64,000 bases of DNA from Candidatus Kaiserbacteria bacterium RIFCSPLOWO2_01_FULL_45_25 (GCA_001781415.1 MFLT01000003.1:6672-70671), one strand, 5' to 3'. Positions 1 to 9,426 are shown, numbered from the stretch's first letter. A program made the numbers and translations. Notes: a model not told the origin generated them from the sequence alone.

Positions 1-436
1 CAAGCGCGCTTCCCTACCAGCCGGCACCAAACCGGAAGATGTGACGCTCGAGTTAGCGCTCAAGTTCCTCACACTACCGCGTGAACTTGGACTTCACCCT
101 ACTACCGGCGAGCCAGTCATGGCCAACACTGGACAGTACGGACCATACATCGCCCACGCTGGCGACTTCCGTTCACTTAAGGGTGGAGACGATCCATACA
201 CCATCACCTTTGACCGGGCAATGGAAATATACAAAGAACCAAAAGGGACTCGTAAGGGTGAGAAGCTTATCAAGGAACTTGGTATCCACCCAACTACCCG
301 TAAACTGGTAAACGTCTTTGAATCAAAGTCAGGACGCTACCTCAAGAAGGGATTCAAACGAATCAGCATCCCCGACCAGGTCAGTACTGATGACCTCACC
401 ATAGAAATCGCCGTTGACCTCCTAAAACAAGGTTAA
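1..436 (+). CDS. topA: DNA topoisomerase I, C-terminal repeat region (5'-truncated by the window edge)
   Basis: Translation carries repeated 'ELG(L/I)HPTTGEPV...GQYGPYI' and 'GIHPTTRKLV...SKSGRYL' units typical of Topo I C-terminal repeats. The reading frame is open from base 1. Confidence 0.55.
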   Translation, partial: KRASLPAGTKPEDVTLELALKFLTLPRELGLHPTTGEPVMANTGQYGPYIAHAGDFRSLKGGDDPYTITFDRAMEIYKEPKGTRKGEKLIKELGIHPTTRKLVNVFESKSGRYLKKGFKRISIPDQVSTDDLTIEIAVDLLKQG

Positions 437-517
437 GACCGCTTAAAACCACACGCCACTGGCATGTGGTTTTTTGTTGATACACCCCTGGGTCTCTAAC
501 TTAATAAACTTGTTATT

Positions 518-2104
518 TTGAGTGCGGGGTCATACAATAAAAATATGACAGCCAGAGATATCATCGTCCTCATGCAGAAACCCAGTGATGCCGATAAGGC
601 ACTCATTGAACAAGCCTTTGACCTAGCCGAAAAAGCCCACGCTGGACACAAGCGTTACTCAGGCGAACCATACCTCAATCACCTCACTGCCGTCGGCGCC
701 AAGCTCGCTGAGATGGGTATGGGCGCACGCACCATTGCGGCCGGTCTCCTTCATGACACCATTGAAGACACAGACGTCACAGCCGAAACCGTACGTGAGC
801 AGTTTGGTGAAGAAGTGCTGTTCTTGGTTGAAGGCGTGACCAAGTTGAGTTCCGTTCGCTACTACGGATCAGACCGTCACAACGAAAGTCTGCGCAAACT
901 ATTTGTGGCGACGAGTCAGGACATTCGCGTGCTTATTATCAAGCTGGCTGACCGTCTCCATAACATGCAGACCCTCAACCACGTACCAGCTGAGAAGCAG
1001 CTGCGTATCGCGCGAGAGACGCTAGAAATTTATGTACCAGTTGCTCACCGTCTTGGTATGGGTCGGGTACGCAAGGAGCTAGAAGACCTAGCCTTCCCGT
1101 ACGTCTATCCTGAGGAGTATGACCGAGTAAGTAAACTCCTCCAAGCCAAAGCTGGTAAATCAAATGAACTTCTAGAACGTGAACGCAAAGTACTGCAAAA
1201 GCGTCTAGCGGAAATTGGTTTACTTGATTTTAAAACCTCATACCGCGTCAAAGGACTGTTTAGCCTTTTCCATAAACTTAAGCGTAAGGAATGGGACATC
1301 ACGGCTGTGTATGACCTCCTCGCCATGCGAGTGGTAGTACCAACTGTCGAAGACTGTTACCGTACGCTTGGCATTATTCACAAACTTTGGCGCCCACTAC
1401 CAGGACGCGTAAAGGATTACATTGCCTTTCCAAAACCAAACGGCTACCAATCACTCCATACGACGGTAGCGACCCCAAACGGTGTAATCTTGGAAATCCA
1501 AATTCGGACCGAGCGTATGCACCATGAGTCTGAGTTTGGTGTGGCCTCACACATCAGTTACAAAGAAGTAGTAATTGACGGCAAGCCAGCTGAGGGACAA
1601 TCACGCTTCTCCAGTCTCATTCCTTCCCTCTTCAGACCATTTAGTAAACCAAAGGAAGAGAAAGCAGAAATTAAAGAGACCAAAGCCGCTCCCCACCGCG
1701 ACAAAATCCCTCGCTGGATTGCCCAGATTGGTCAGACTCACACCAAAGACAAATCAACTACGGCAGAATTCGTAGCTGACGCTCAGACCGACTTCTTCAG
1801 TAACCGTATCTTCGTGTTTACGCCAGTTGGTGACGTGGTCGACCTTCCGGTTGGCGCTACGCCAGTCGATTTCGCCTATGCCATTCACTCTGAAGTGGGA
1901 GACCACATCTTTGGGGTAAAGGTAAACAAGAAGCTAGTTCAGCTCGATAGTGAACTTAAGAACGGTGATATTGTTGAAATCGAAACTCGAAAATCAAATA
2001 AGCCAACGGCTAAGTGGCTGACGTTTGTAAAAACCTCACTCGCCCGCAGGCGTATTAAAGCCGCTCTAGAAATTAAAGAAAAAGAAGGCGGAAGTAATAA
2101 ATAA
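518..2104 (+). CDS. rel: Bifunctional (p)ppGpp synthetase/hydrolase, short RelA/SpoT-family form
   Basis: HD hydrolase motif (HKRYSGEPYLNHL...LLHDTIEDT), synthetase core (RVKGLFSLFHKLKRKEWD...DLLAMRVV), TGS-like region (FVFTPVGDVVDLPVGATPVDFAYAIH). No ACT domain. Confidence 0.85.
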   Translation: MSAGSYNKNMTARDIIVLMQKPSDADKALIEQAFDLAEKAHAGHKRYSGEPYLNHLTAVGAKLAEMGMGARTIAAGLLHDTIEDTDVTAETVREQFGEEVLFLVEGVTKLSSVRYYGSDRHNESLRKLFVATSQDIRVLIIKLADRLHNMQTLNHVPAEKQLRIARETLEIYVPVAHRLGMGRVRKELEDLAFPYVYPEEYDRVSKLLQAKAGKSNELLERERKVLQKRLAEIGLLDFKTSYRVKGLFSLFHKLKRKEWDITAVYDLLAMRVVVPTVEDCYRTLGIIHKLWRPLPGRVKDYIAFPKPNGYQSLHTTVATPNGVILEIQIRTERMHHESEFGVASHISYKEVVIDGKPAEGQSRFSSLIPSLFRPFSKPKEEKAEIKETKAAPHRDKIPRWIAQIGQTHTKDKSTTAEFVADAQTDFFSNRIFVFTPVGDVVDLPVGATPVDFAYAIHSEVGDHIFGVKVNKKLVQLDSELKNGDIVEIETRKSNKPTAKWLTFVKTSLARRRIKAALEIKEKEGGSNK

Positions 2105-2150
2105 CAAAAAGGCCGGGAGCGTAGCTCCCGGCCTTTTTATATTTGAGATA
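2105..2150. terminator. Bidirectional intrinsic terminator between rel and parB
   Basis: aaaaaggccgggagcgtagctcccggcctttttat: GC stem flanked by an A-run and a T-run. Confidence 0.6.
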
Positions 2151-2161
2151 AGTTCTAAAAT

Positions 2162-3571
2162 CTAGACTCCAAAATTTCTAATCGAATACAATCCACTTTC
2201 GTCTTCATCCTTTGGGACCGGAGCCGGTGTTGGTTCTGGAGTTGGTGCCGGTGGCATTACTGGAGCTGGTGCCGGTGGCATTACTGGAGCTGGTGCTTCA
2301 GCTACTGGTGGTACCATCACATCACGCTCTACCAAGTATGGATTTGGTACTGCAGGAGCAGCGTATGACTGCACATCGTGTGGCAGTGGTGAGGCTGGTA
2401 CTGGAGTTGGTGCATACTCCTGAATTGGAGCTGGAGCGGGTGTGTATACCTGTGGCTCAACTGGTCGTTGTACTGGCTCTGGCGAAGGAGTAGGCATAGC
2501 TGAATGATTTCCAACCGGCCCAGCAGTAAACGTCGGAGCAAAGGTCGACATTGGTGTTGGTTCAGGAGTTGACGGCGCCGCTTCTGCAACCGGCTCTACT
2601 GGAGACACTTCAGTCAACACCTCCTCGTCTGTGACATCAGCCGCTTCACGACCAGTATCATCCTCGGCTACTTCAAGTGGCGTGTGGGTAGTTAGAGTCG
2701 CCATGGCTGCCGCTGGAGCTACTACGGCCTGCTCTACCTTCATCCGTGTCAGCATGCCTTCAAGATCATCTACTGAGAAGTAATCAATAGTTAGGCGTCC
2801 ACCGTAATCAGTCTTTTGAATCTGTACACGAGTACCGAGTGTCTCCATAAACTTCTTTTCAATTTCGATAAGCTCAGCATCAAATTCACCTGGGTGCTTC
2901 TTGCGGACTTTATCAGTCGCAATCTTGCGCACAATGCGTTCAACTTCACGCACTGATAACTTCTTCATAAGAATCTCACGGAAGACTACGTCCTGTTCTT
3001 CTGGACGATCGTTAAGCATAAGGAGTGTGCGAGCATGACCTTCGGTCATCTCAGCTTGGCGGAGTGCGCTGAGCATGTAGTCTGGAAGAGCAAGGAGACG
3101 AATCGAGTTTGAGACGTACTCACGACTTCGTCCTACCTTCTTAGCTACTTGAGTGTGTGAGAGACCAAACACATCAGCCAGCTGGCGAAATGCTAGTGCT
3201 CGATCAACTGCGTTGAGGTCTTCACGCTGCAAGTTTTCAATAATCGCCAACTCCAACTTCTCTTGCTCAGTATCTTCACCGTCACGAATAATCACTGGTA
3301 CTTGTGACAGTCCAGCTAGCTTACTCGCTCGTAGACGGCGCTCACCAGCAATGAGCTCGTATTCTGTGTAGAACGTACCATCTTCACGTTGAATCTCTTT
3401 TCGTGTTACCGTGAGCGGCTGCAAAATTCCGTACATTCGTACCGATTCAGACAACTCCCGTAATTTTTGTTCATCAAACTCTCTCCGTGGTTGAAACGGA
3501 TTTGGAACAATTTTCTCAACCTCTACCCAAAATATTGAATCTCCCTGAAATGCCATAGAAAAAACTGCCAA
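2162..3571 (-). CDS. parB: ParB/Spo0J-family partition protein with ~200-aa Pro/Ala-rich low-complexity C-terminal tail
   Basis: ParB N-domain motif GERRLRASKLAGL..VPVIIRD and an HTH region. The C-terminus has PAPVMPPAPAPVMPPAPTPEPTPAP, encoded by a 24-bp tandem DNA repeat at ~2238-2290. Confidence 0.7.
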   Translation of the reverse strand: MAVFSMAFQGDSIFWVEVEKIVPNPFQPRREFDEQKLRELSESVRMYGILQPLTVTRKEIQREDGTFYTEYELIAGERRLRASKLAGLSQVPVIIRDGEDTEQEKLELAIIENLQREDLNAVDRALAFRQLADVFGLSHTQVAKKVGRSREYVSNSIRLLALPDYMLSALRQAEMTEGHARTLLMLNDRPEEQDVVFREILMKKLSVREVERIVRKIATDKVRKKHPGEFDAELIEIEKKFMETLGTRVQIQKTDYGGRLTIDYFSVDDLEGMLTRMKVEQAVVAPAAAMATLTTHTPLEVAEDDTGREAADVTDEEVLTEVSPVEPVAEAAPSTPEPTPMSTFAPTFTAGPVGNHSAMPTPSPEPVQRPVEPQVYTPAPAPIQEYAPTPVPASPLPHDVQSYAAPAVPNPYLVERDVMVPPVAEAPAPVMPPAPAPVMPPAPTPEPTPAPVPKDEDESGLYSIRNFGV

Positions 3572-3699
3572 TAATTACCTCCACAAAGCTCCCGCTCTGT
3601 CTTAATTAACATTCTATCACACCCCTCCCAGGTACACTGTTTATAACTTTTCAATTATCTGGTAGACTGTTGCGCACTGCTTACATAAGCATAAATATT

Positions 3700-3781
3700 G
3701 CCTCGGTGGCGGAATTGGTATACGCGCACGACTCAAAATCGTGTATCGCAAGGTGTGAGGGTTCGACCCCCTCCCGAGGCA
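3700..3781 (+). tRNA. tRNA-Leu(CAA)
   Basis: Acceptor gcctcgg/ccgaggc, anticodon loop cuCAAaa, long variable arm, T-arm gagggttcgaccccctc. CCA not encoded. Confidence 0.8.
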
Positions 3782-4025
3782 CAGAAAATGACCACTCCTT
3801 TCAGGAGTGGTCATTTTGTGCCTCGGGAGCAAGCAAATAATTTTGCTTGCGTAGGGGGTCGAAAACCGCAGCGATGCCGTAGGCGAGCGAGGTGGGGTCG
3901 AGAGTACTTAGCAGAATCTGAGCTTGCGAAAGATTATGCTTAGTAACTCGTGACCGACCCATCTCCAATTATATATCTGTGACCGACCCCTGTCTTTCCA
4001 CCACCTGACCGACCCATCTCCAGCC
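3782..4025 (+). repeat. tRNA-linked composite repeat element, copy A
   Basis: Terminator palindrome aaaatgaccactcc..ggagtggtcatttt, then an inverted copy of the tRNA 3' end (gtgcctcgggag). A second palindrome and inverted T-arm (gtagggggtcgaa) follow. Then the conserved core ccgcagcgatgccgtaggcgagcgaggtggggtcgagagtacttagcagaatctgagc...tacttagtaactcgtgaccg. It ends in three degenerate direct copies of gaccgaccc(a/c)tctcc, matching the tRNA T-loop/3' end. Confidence 0.6.
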
Positions 4026-4101
4026 CAACCCAACAAGACAAACAAAAAACCCGCCGAAGCAAAGTTTTTTGCTTAGCGGGCTGGTTTCAGCCTTTTTCAT
4101 C

Positions 4102-4386
4102 TTACTTCTTCATTGCGGCAATTTTTTCTTGCATATCTATGCCGATGGCGCCAATGAGCGTGAAGCAAGCCACGACACCAAAAAATATGGCGCCGAGAGC
4201 AACGTACACAACCACCGTGAAATTGCTCGGGTTGTGATATATGCCCAAAACAGAGATAAAAAACAACGCAATGGACACTGCAGCGGAAATGACAAATGCG
4301 AGGGGGTGGAACATGGATTTTCTCCAGTTGATTGAACTGTTTACAACAATAGCACATTTACGCACCATTGTCAATGTTAACGCCAT
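4102..4386 (-). CDS. Small hydrophobic membrane protein (hypothetical; the true start may be the internal Met at MFHPLAF)
   Basis: Two predicted TM helices. ORF only, no recognisable family. Confidence 0.3.
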   Translation of the reverse strand: MALTLTMVRKCAIVVNSSINWRKSMFHPLAFVISAAVSIALFFISVLGIYHNPSNFTVVVYVALGAIFFGVVACFTLIGAIGIDMQEKIAAMKK

Positions 4387-4613
4387 AATTTATCTAACAA
4401 AAATCCCCGCCTAACAAAAGTTGGCGGGTGACGGCTTGAGGAACAGGGCTCTTTAGAAGAGCCTTACGACCGCCATCAGAATGGCTGGTACCAGCAAGCT
4501 GGCGGCAGCAATCATTTGGGGGCGGACGGAAGCGAGAAAGGACACGTTATTCTCCTGGTTGTTGAGCGACTCACACGATACCATCCATATTTATAAGTGT
4601 CAATTTTGGTCAG

Positions 4614-5531
4614 GTGTGCTATATTCCCCCTATGTCAAAGCCCAAAGTCATTGTAATTCTCGGACCAACCGCGTCTGGAAAGACTGCGCTATCTATCGAA
4701 CTCGCCAAACTCGTTGACGGCGAGGTGATTTCGGCTGACTCCCGCCAAGTATACAAAGGCCTCGATATCGGTTCAGGCAAAGTAACTGAGGCAGAGATGC
4801 AGGGCATCCCCCACCATCTCATTGATATCGCCAACCCAGAACAACGTTACAGTGGAGCGGACTTCGTCAATGATGCCAAGGCCGCTATCGCAGACATTGT
4901 ATCTCGCGGCAAAGTACCTATCATTGCTGGTGGTACCTTCTTCTACACCGACCTCCTCCGTGGCCGACTCCAGACAGCGAGTGTGCCACCGAACCTCCCC
5001 CTCCAAGCTGAGTTAGAGAAACTATCTACAGAAGAACTATTGGCGAAACTTGAAGCGGCCGACCCAATCCGGGCGGCCAATATCGAACAAGGTAACCGAC
5101 GAAGACTTGTCCGCGCTCTTGAGATAGTTGCTACATTAGGGCACGTACCTGTACCAGAGACTCCAGATAGTGAATTTGATTTCTTGGTCTTTGGTATCAA
5201 AATTGATCGAGAGACTTTGTACAAGCGAATTGAGATTCGCCTCCATGACCGCCTAGAGAACGGTATGCAAGAAGAAGTAACTAATCTTCTAACTAATGGC
5301 GTTGATCCGCAGCGCCTGATTGATTTTGGACTAGAATACCGCTACCTCACCCTACGCCAACATGAGACGTTAACTTATGAAGAAATGGTTGAACAGCTAT
5401 TTGCCAAACTTCGGCAGTTTGCCAAGCGGCAATTGACTTGGCTCAAGCGTGACGAGGAGATTATCTGGAAAGAATTTCCAGTCAAAGGAACTGACCTCCT
5501 ACCTGAAACGGAAGCTTTTCTTAAGAAGTAA
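4614..5531 (+). CDS. miaA: tRNA dimethylallyltransferase (likely start at MSKPKV, ~4632)
   Basis: P-loop VIVILGPTASGKT followed by ISADSRQVYKGLDIGSGK, the MiaA signature. Confidence 0.9.
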   Translation: MCYIPPMSKPKVIVILGPTASGKTALSIELAKLVDGEVISADSRQVYKGLDIGSGKVTEAEMQGIPHHLIDIANPEQRYSGADFVNDAKAAIADIVSRGKVPIIAGGTFFYTDLLRGRLQTASVPPNLPLQAELEKLSTEELLAKLEAADPIRAANIEQGNRRRLVRALEIVATLGHVPVPETPDSEFDFLVFGIKIDRETLYKRIEIRLHDRLENGMQEEVTNLLTNGVDPQRLIDFGLEYRYLTLRQHETLTYEEMVEQLFAKLRQFAKRQLTWLKRDEEIIWKEFPVKGTDLLPETEAFLKK

Positions 5532-5642
5532 CCTCCCCCGAGCAAAGTTGCCAAATCGTCCCCTTTCCCCTACTATTACACCACTCTACTATTTGGTAGA
5601 GTACTAGAGTCACAATTGGTGACTAAAAAAACAATACGTAAG

Positions 5643-5713
5643 GGCCTATAGTTCAGTGGTAGAATGCCGGTTTCCAAAACCGTTGACCGGGGTTCGAATC
5701 CTCGTGGGCCCGC
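5643..5713 (+). tRNA. tRNA-Trp(CCA)
   Basis: Acceptor gggccta/tgggccc, anticodon loop uuCCAaa, T-arm cggggttcgaatcctcg. CCA not encoded. Confidence 0.75.
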
Positions 5714-5990
5714 AAAATGAAAAACCAAAGCGTCAAGCTTTGGTTTTTCTAATTTTGCGATGGCCCACGAGGATTCGAAAGACGGAGCCGGGGACCCTTT
5801 GGGCCGGCGAGTCCGGGGAGAAAGTTCTTAACGAGCTTGCGAGTTTAGAAACTTGACCCCGAATCATCGTGGGATTAAATAGAACAAATATACTTAGTAA
5901 CTCGTGACCGCATGCGGGCCTCGCGGCACCTGCTAGATTGTGAGCATAGCGAGACAATATAACTTGGTGACCGTCAGGACGAATCCTCAT
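5714..5990 (+). repeat. tRNA-linked composite repeat element, copy B (two tandem units)
   Basis: Terminator palindrome aaaaaccaaagc..gctttggttttt, then an inverted tRNA 3' end (tgcgatggcccacgaggattcgaa). The core variant ends ...acgagcttgcgagtttagaaacttgacc and is followed by a direct copy of the tRNA 3' end (ccgaatcatcgtggg). A second unit ends ...atatacttagtaactcgtgaccg. Confidence 0.55.
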
Positions 5991-6040
5991 AAACTTAACA
6001 AAACAAAAACCGCCTCAAGGCGGTTTTTGTTTTGTCAGGC
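5991..6040. terminator. Bidirectional intrinsic terminator
   Basis: aaaacaaaaaccgcctcaaggcggtttttgttttgt. Confidence 0.6.
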
Positions 6041-6049
6041 ACGCAGTCC

Positions 6050-6403
6050 TTAGAAACTACCGCGACGCCAGAGCAGATAAACTAGTGTAGCAATAGCTAT
6101 CCCAGCTAGTGGAACTGCCCACATAGCTGCATTCCACGCAGTGGAGTCAGTTGTTGCCAACAAAGCACTTTCTTCCCTACCCTGGACGACCGTACCTTGA
6201 ATCTGTCCACTACTTTGACCAGTAGCTTGCGCTGTTACTTCACCATCTATGACCGCTTCTTCATCTGTTCCAGTTGCAGAAGAAGAGCCGTCCGAAGACA
6301 ATGAACCAGTAACCTCTGAAGCAACAGCCAAATGAACAGCACTCAAAAGTGACGCTATGACTAGAAGGAGGAGTACTACAGAGTTGTTACGAATATTAGT
6401 CAT
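6050..6403 (-). CDS. Small secreted/surface protein with an N-terminal signal/TM and a C-terminal hydrophobic segment plus RRG tail (possible cell-surface sorting signal)
   Basis: N-terminal hydrophobic stretch, Ser/Thr/Gly-rich middle, C-terminal AVPLAGIAIATLVYLLWRRGSF. Confidence 0.45.
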   Translation of the reverse strand: MTNIRNNSVVLLLLVIASLLSAVHLAVASEVTGSLSSDGSSSATGTDEEAVIDGEVTAQATGQSSGQIQGTVVQGREESALLATTDSTAWNAAMWAVPLAGIAIATLVYLLWRRGSF

Positions 6404-6409
6404 ATTCGA

Positions 6410-7453
6410 TTAAGGAAGGGTGCGTACACCATAGTTGGTGCTATATGTACCATTATAGGTACCAGACGGTACAGCTACCTCAACCAACACTTGTACCTGT
6501 AGGCCTTCCTCATCCTCATTAAGGTCTCCAGTCATGGTAAGTTCAGGAGTAGAGTAGGTGTCAGCAGCACTTAGTGTTACCACTAGATTAGAATCACTAG
6601 CTTGGTCTGACGAAATTCGCATATTGCCAGCCACCGGAAGAATATGGTCATTGCCAGACTGTGTCCAATCAGCAAACTTCATAGCTAAATCTGTTTCATC
6701 AGTTGGCACGGTGATATTGAACAAATATCGCCAACCATCAGCAAACTGTCCATTAGCCACAGCCGTGGTCTTTAGAGCTTCAATTGACGTAACCTCCAAT
6801 TCACCCGGATCTTCGTCAGAGGCCCCGCCAGTTACTTGGCCACTGATACTACCTGAGGTGGTGGCAGTGTCTGTATCATCATCGTCACAAGTTTCGTTCC
6901 AAACGATAACGTATTGATCTGATGTGAGGTTAGTAAATGACGGTGTGGTGGTAGACACAGTAGCCGCGGCGGCAGCGGCACTAGTTGTACCAACTGAGTA
7001 ACCAACTAGCACGTAGGGTGTATCATCATCACAAATAGCAGCGACGATATCACCATCAAGCACTTCACTCGTGCTGTAGTCTGCCCCGACTTCCATTTCA
7101 GAAGTTACAGCTTGGTAGTCTGGGGTGGTGGCGGTTGATAGCGAATAGGCACCACTTCCCTCACCAATACCATCTGGGTCATCCCAGGATGCTGTCATTG
7201 GAAAAGCATTACCGTCCGCGCTTTCACTAGTAGCTAATTCACCATCAATATACTTTTGGATGGTGACAGTGACAGTTGATTCATCATCATCGTCATCATT
7301 ATTACCCTGAGCATGGGCGTGGTGCTCACCCCACGGCCACCAAAACGCACTAGCATTATTAGGTGAGAACATCATGCCCGACATAATAATACTCATGGCG
7401 AGTATTAATGTTCCAAATCCAATCATTCTATTTTTTATTGTTGCTTGTTTCAT
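6410..7453 (-). CDS. Acidic, Thr/Ser/Asp-rich secreted protein (hypothetical surface protein), co-oriented with 6050..6403
   Basis: Signal-anchor, DDDDDE runs, low-complexity T/S/D-rich sequence. 6 bp from the downstream gene. Confidence 0.5.
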   Translation of the reverse strand: MKQATIKNRMIGFGTLILAMSIIMSGMMFSPNNASAFWWPWGEHHAHAQGNNDDDDDESTVTVTIQKYIDGELATSESADGNAFPMTASWDDPDGIGEGSGAYSLSTATTPDYQAVTSEMEVGADYSTSEVLDGDIVAAICDDDTPYVLVGYSVGTTSAAAAAATVSTTTPSFTNLTSDQYVIVWNETCDDDDTDTATTSGSISGQVTGGASDEDPGELEVTSIEALKTTAVANGQFADGWRYLFNITVPTDETDLAMKFADWTQSGNDHILPVAGNMRISSDQASDSNLVVTLSAADTYSTPELTMTGDLNEDEEGLQVQVLVEVAVPSGTYNGTYSTNYGVRTLP

Positions 7454-7703
7454 AATCTTTTATAATTTATACAGTTAATTATTAGTAAATATGTAAGCGG
7501 TCTATAAGACGCGGCAAAAATCATGCGCTTTATAAACCATGTGTACATACTAATGAAAGTGAGGTTAAGAAAGCGTGAAGTATTGGCCACGATAATATTC
7601 AGACTTTAATTTTGGCTCTAAATAAGACAATAGTAATAATTGAAGAAGAGACTGTATAACTTCTTCATCTTAACTTCATGTTTGTGTGAGAGTATAGATA
7701 TAT

Positions 7704-8375
7704 ATGAGAATCCTACTAGTTGAAGATGAACAACGATTGGCAGATTCACTTAAGCACGGGCTTGAGCAGAGTGGTTATGTAGTTGACCATTTCGCTGAGG
7801 GTCTACCCGCCGTTGATCGCCTGTCTTTATATAGAAACGAATATGACATTGTCATCCTCGACCTCATGCTGCCTGATATTGATGGACACACCATCTGCAA
7901 AACTGTTCGGGGCTTAGGCGTTACCCTACCAATACTAATTTTAACCGCCAGAGGAGAAACGGAAGACAAGGTTCTATTACTACAAAGCGGCGCTGATGAC
8001 TACATGGTAAAACCATTTGCGTTTAGTGAGCTACTCGCTCGCCTCCAAGCACTCTTGCGTCGTCCAGACGAGACCGTACCGAATGTATTATCAGTTGGTC
8101 AATTTACTCTTAATACTGCCACCCATACAATCTTTCGCTTTGAAGAAAAACTCCCACTGACTCTAAAAGAATTTATGTTGCTTGAATACTTCATGCGGCA
8201 TCCCAACCAAGTAATTGTTCGAGATGATATAATTGATCATGCTTGGAACTTTGACTTTTCGTCATTGAGTAACACTGTGGACGTTCACGTAAAGAACTTA
8301 CGTAAAAAAATAGGCACCGATGGAAATAAAATCATCAAAACAGTTCGAGGGGTCGGCTACCAGTTTGTGGGGTAA
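7704..8375 (+). CDS. OmpR-family two-component response regulator
   Basis: Receiver domain (LLVEDE...DIVILDLMLPDIDG...KPF) plus a winged-helix output domain (VHVKNLRKKIG...VRGVGYQF). Confidence 0.9.
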   Translation: MRILLVEDEQRLADSLKHGLEQSGYVVDHFAEGLPAVDRLSLYRNEYDIVILDLMLPDIDGHTICKTVRGLGVTLPILILTARGETEDKVLLLQSGADDYMVKPFAFSELLARLQALLRRPDETVPNVLSVGQFTLNTATHTIFRFEEKLPLTLKEFMLLEYFMRHPNQVIVRDDIIDHAWNFDFSSLSNTVDVHVKNLRKKIGTDGNKIIKTVRGVGYQFVG

Positions 8376-9426
8376 ATACCGCACCGACCTCTTCTTTAGG
8401 ACCACTTGCCACATTATTGTCCTGCAAGTAGTTTTTACTGTGATTGTGGTTATTGCTCTTTGGTTTGTTATGGACCTACTAATGAGAGACACAACTGAGG
8501 CACTGATGAGTACCTTTACCCAAATGCTGCAAGGTCAATCAGTGACTCCAGACAACGTAAGGGCCAGTATTGAAGATGTGCGCACTAATCATTTTTTACC
8601 GACAATGGTAATCAGTACTGCTCTCATGCTGTGCTTTGGATTTATTATTGTCTACGTAGCCTTGACCCCGACCCGTCGTTCAATGGAAAGACAAAAGCGG
8701 TTCATCAGCAATATTGCCCATGAACTACGAACTCCCCTGGCGGTCATACAAACCAATACAGATGTGGCACTCCTAAATAGTGACGTTCCGGCCAGACTTC
8801 GCCAAACCCTACAAAACAACAGTCAGGAGATAAGTCGAATTTCAGAAATCATGAACAATCTGCTCAGCCTCAGTAATTTCATGAGGAATGAGCAATTAAA
8901 ATTTGAAGACGTTGATCTGAGTGTTGTGGTGCAGCGGGTACTCGATACTCTAGAGGAAACCTCAAATCATAAAGACATCACTCTGGCCCTAAAGACCCAC
9001 ACCAATCAGGCTGTTCTTGGTAACGCTGTGGCGCTAGAGCAAGTGGTATTTAATCTAGTAAAAAATGCCATCACTCACACGCAGGCTCGTGGCCTAATAA
9101 CCATAGAAATTGAACCCTCTACTGATGGCAAATACATAGATTTAGCAGTTTCTGATTCCGGTAGTGGTATTGCTCGCAGTGATTTATTTCATATTTTTGA
9201 GCCATTCTATAGAGCACGTACTGCTCCAAAAAATGGTGGCAAAGGACTTGGTCTAGCCATTGTAAATGAAATTGTACAAATGCACCGTGGAAAAATAAAA
9301 ATACGGAGCACAGAAGGACAAGGGACCAAAGTCATTGTTTCAATCCTGCAAAGTACCCGAGAAATTACCTCAAAGGGTGACACTGAGGAACTGTCTATGG
9401 ATTTTTCACACAGAATATTGCAGTAG
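8320..9426 (+). CDS. Sensor histidine kinase (the start may lie downstream of the 56-bp overlap with the regulator)
   Basis: Two TM segments, H-box ISNIAHELRTPL, HATPase motifs (NLVKNAITHT, DSGSGIA, GGKGLGLAIV). Confidence 0.85.
   Translation: MEIKSSKQFEGSATSLWGKYRTDLFFRTTCHIIVLQVVFTVIVVIALWFVMDLLMRDTTEALMSTFTQMLQGQSVTPDNVRASIEDVRTNHFLPTMVISTALMLCFGFIIVYVALTPTRRSMERQKRFISNIAHELRTPLAVIQTNTDVALLNSDVPARLRQTLQNNSQEISRISEIMNNLLSLSNFMRNEQLKFEDVDLSVVVQRVLDTLEETSNHKDITLALKTHTNQAVLGNAVALEQVVFNLVKNAITHTQARGLITIEIEPSTDGKYIDLAVSDSGSGIARSDLFHIFEPFYRARTAPKNGGKGLGLAIVNEIVQMHRGKIKIRSTEGQGTKVIVSILQSTREITSKGDTEELSMDFSHRILQ

Noticed and set aside
5656-5856. 66-aa ORF overlapping tRNA-Trp and its downstream repeat
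   Set aside because: Overlaps a tRNA gene and a non-coding repeat. No RBS.
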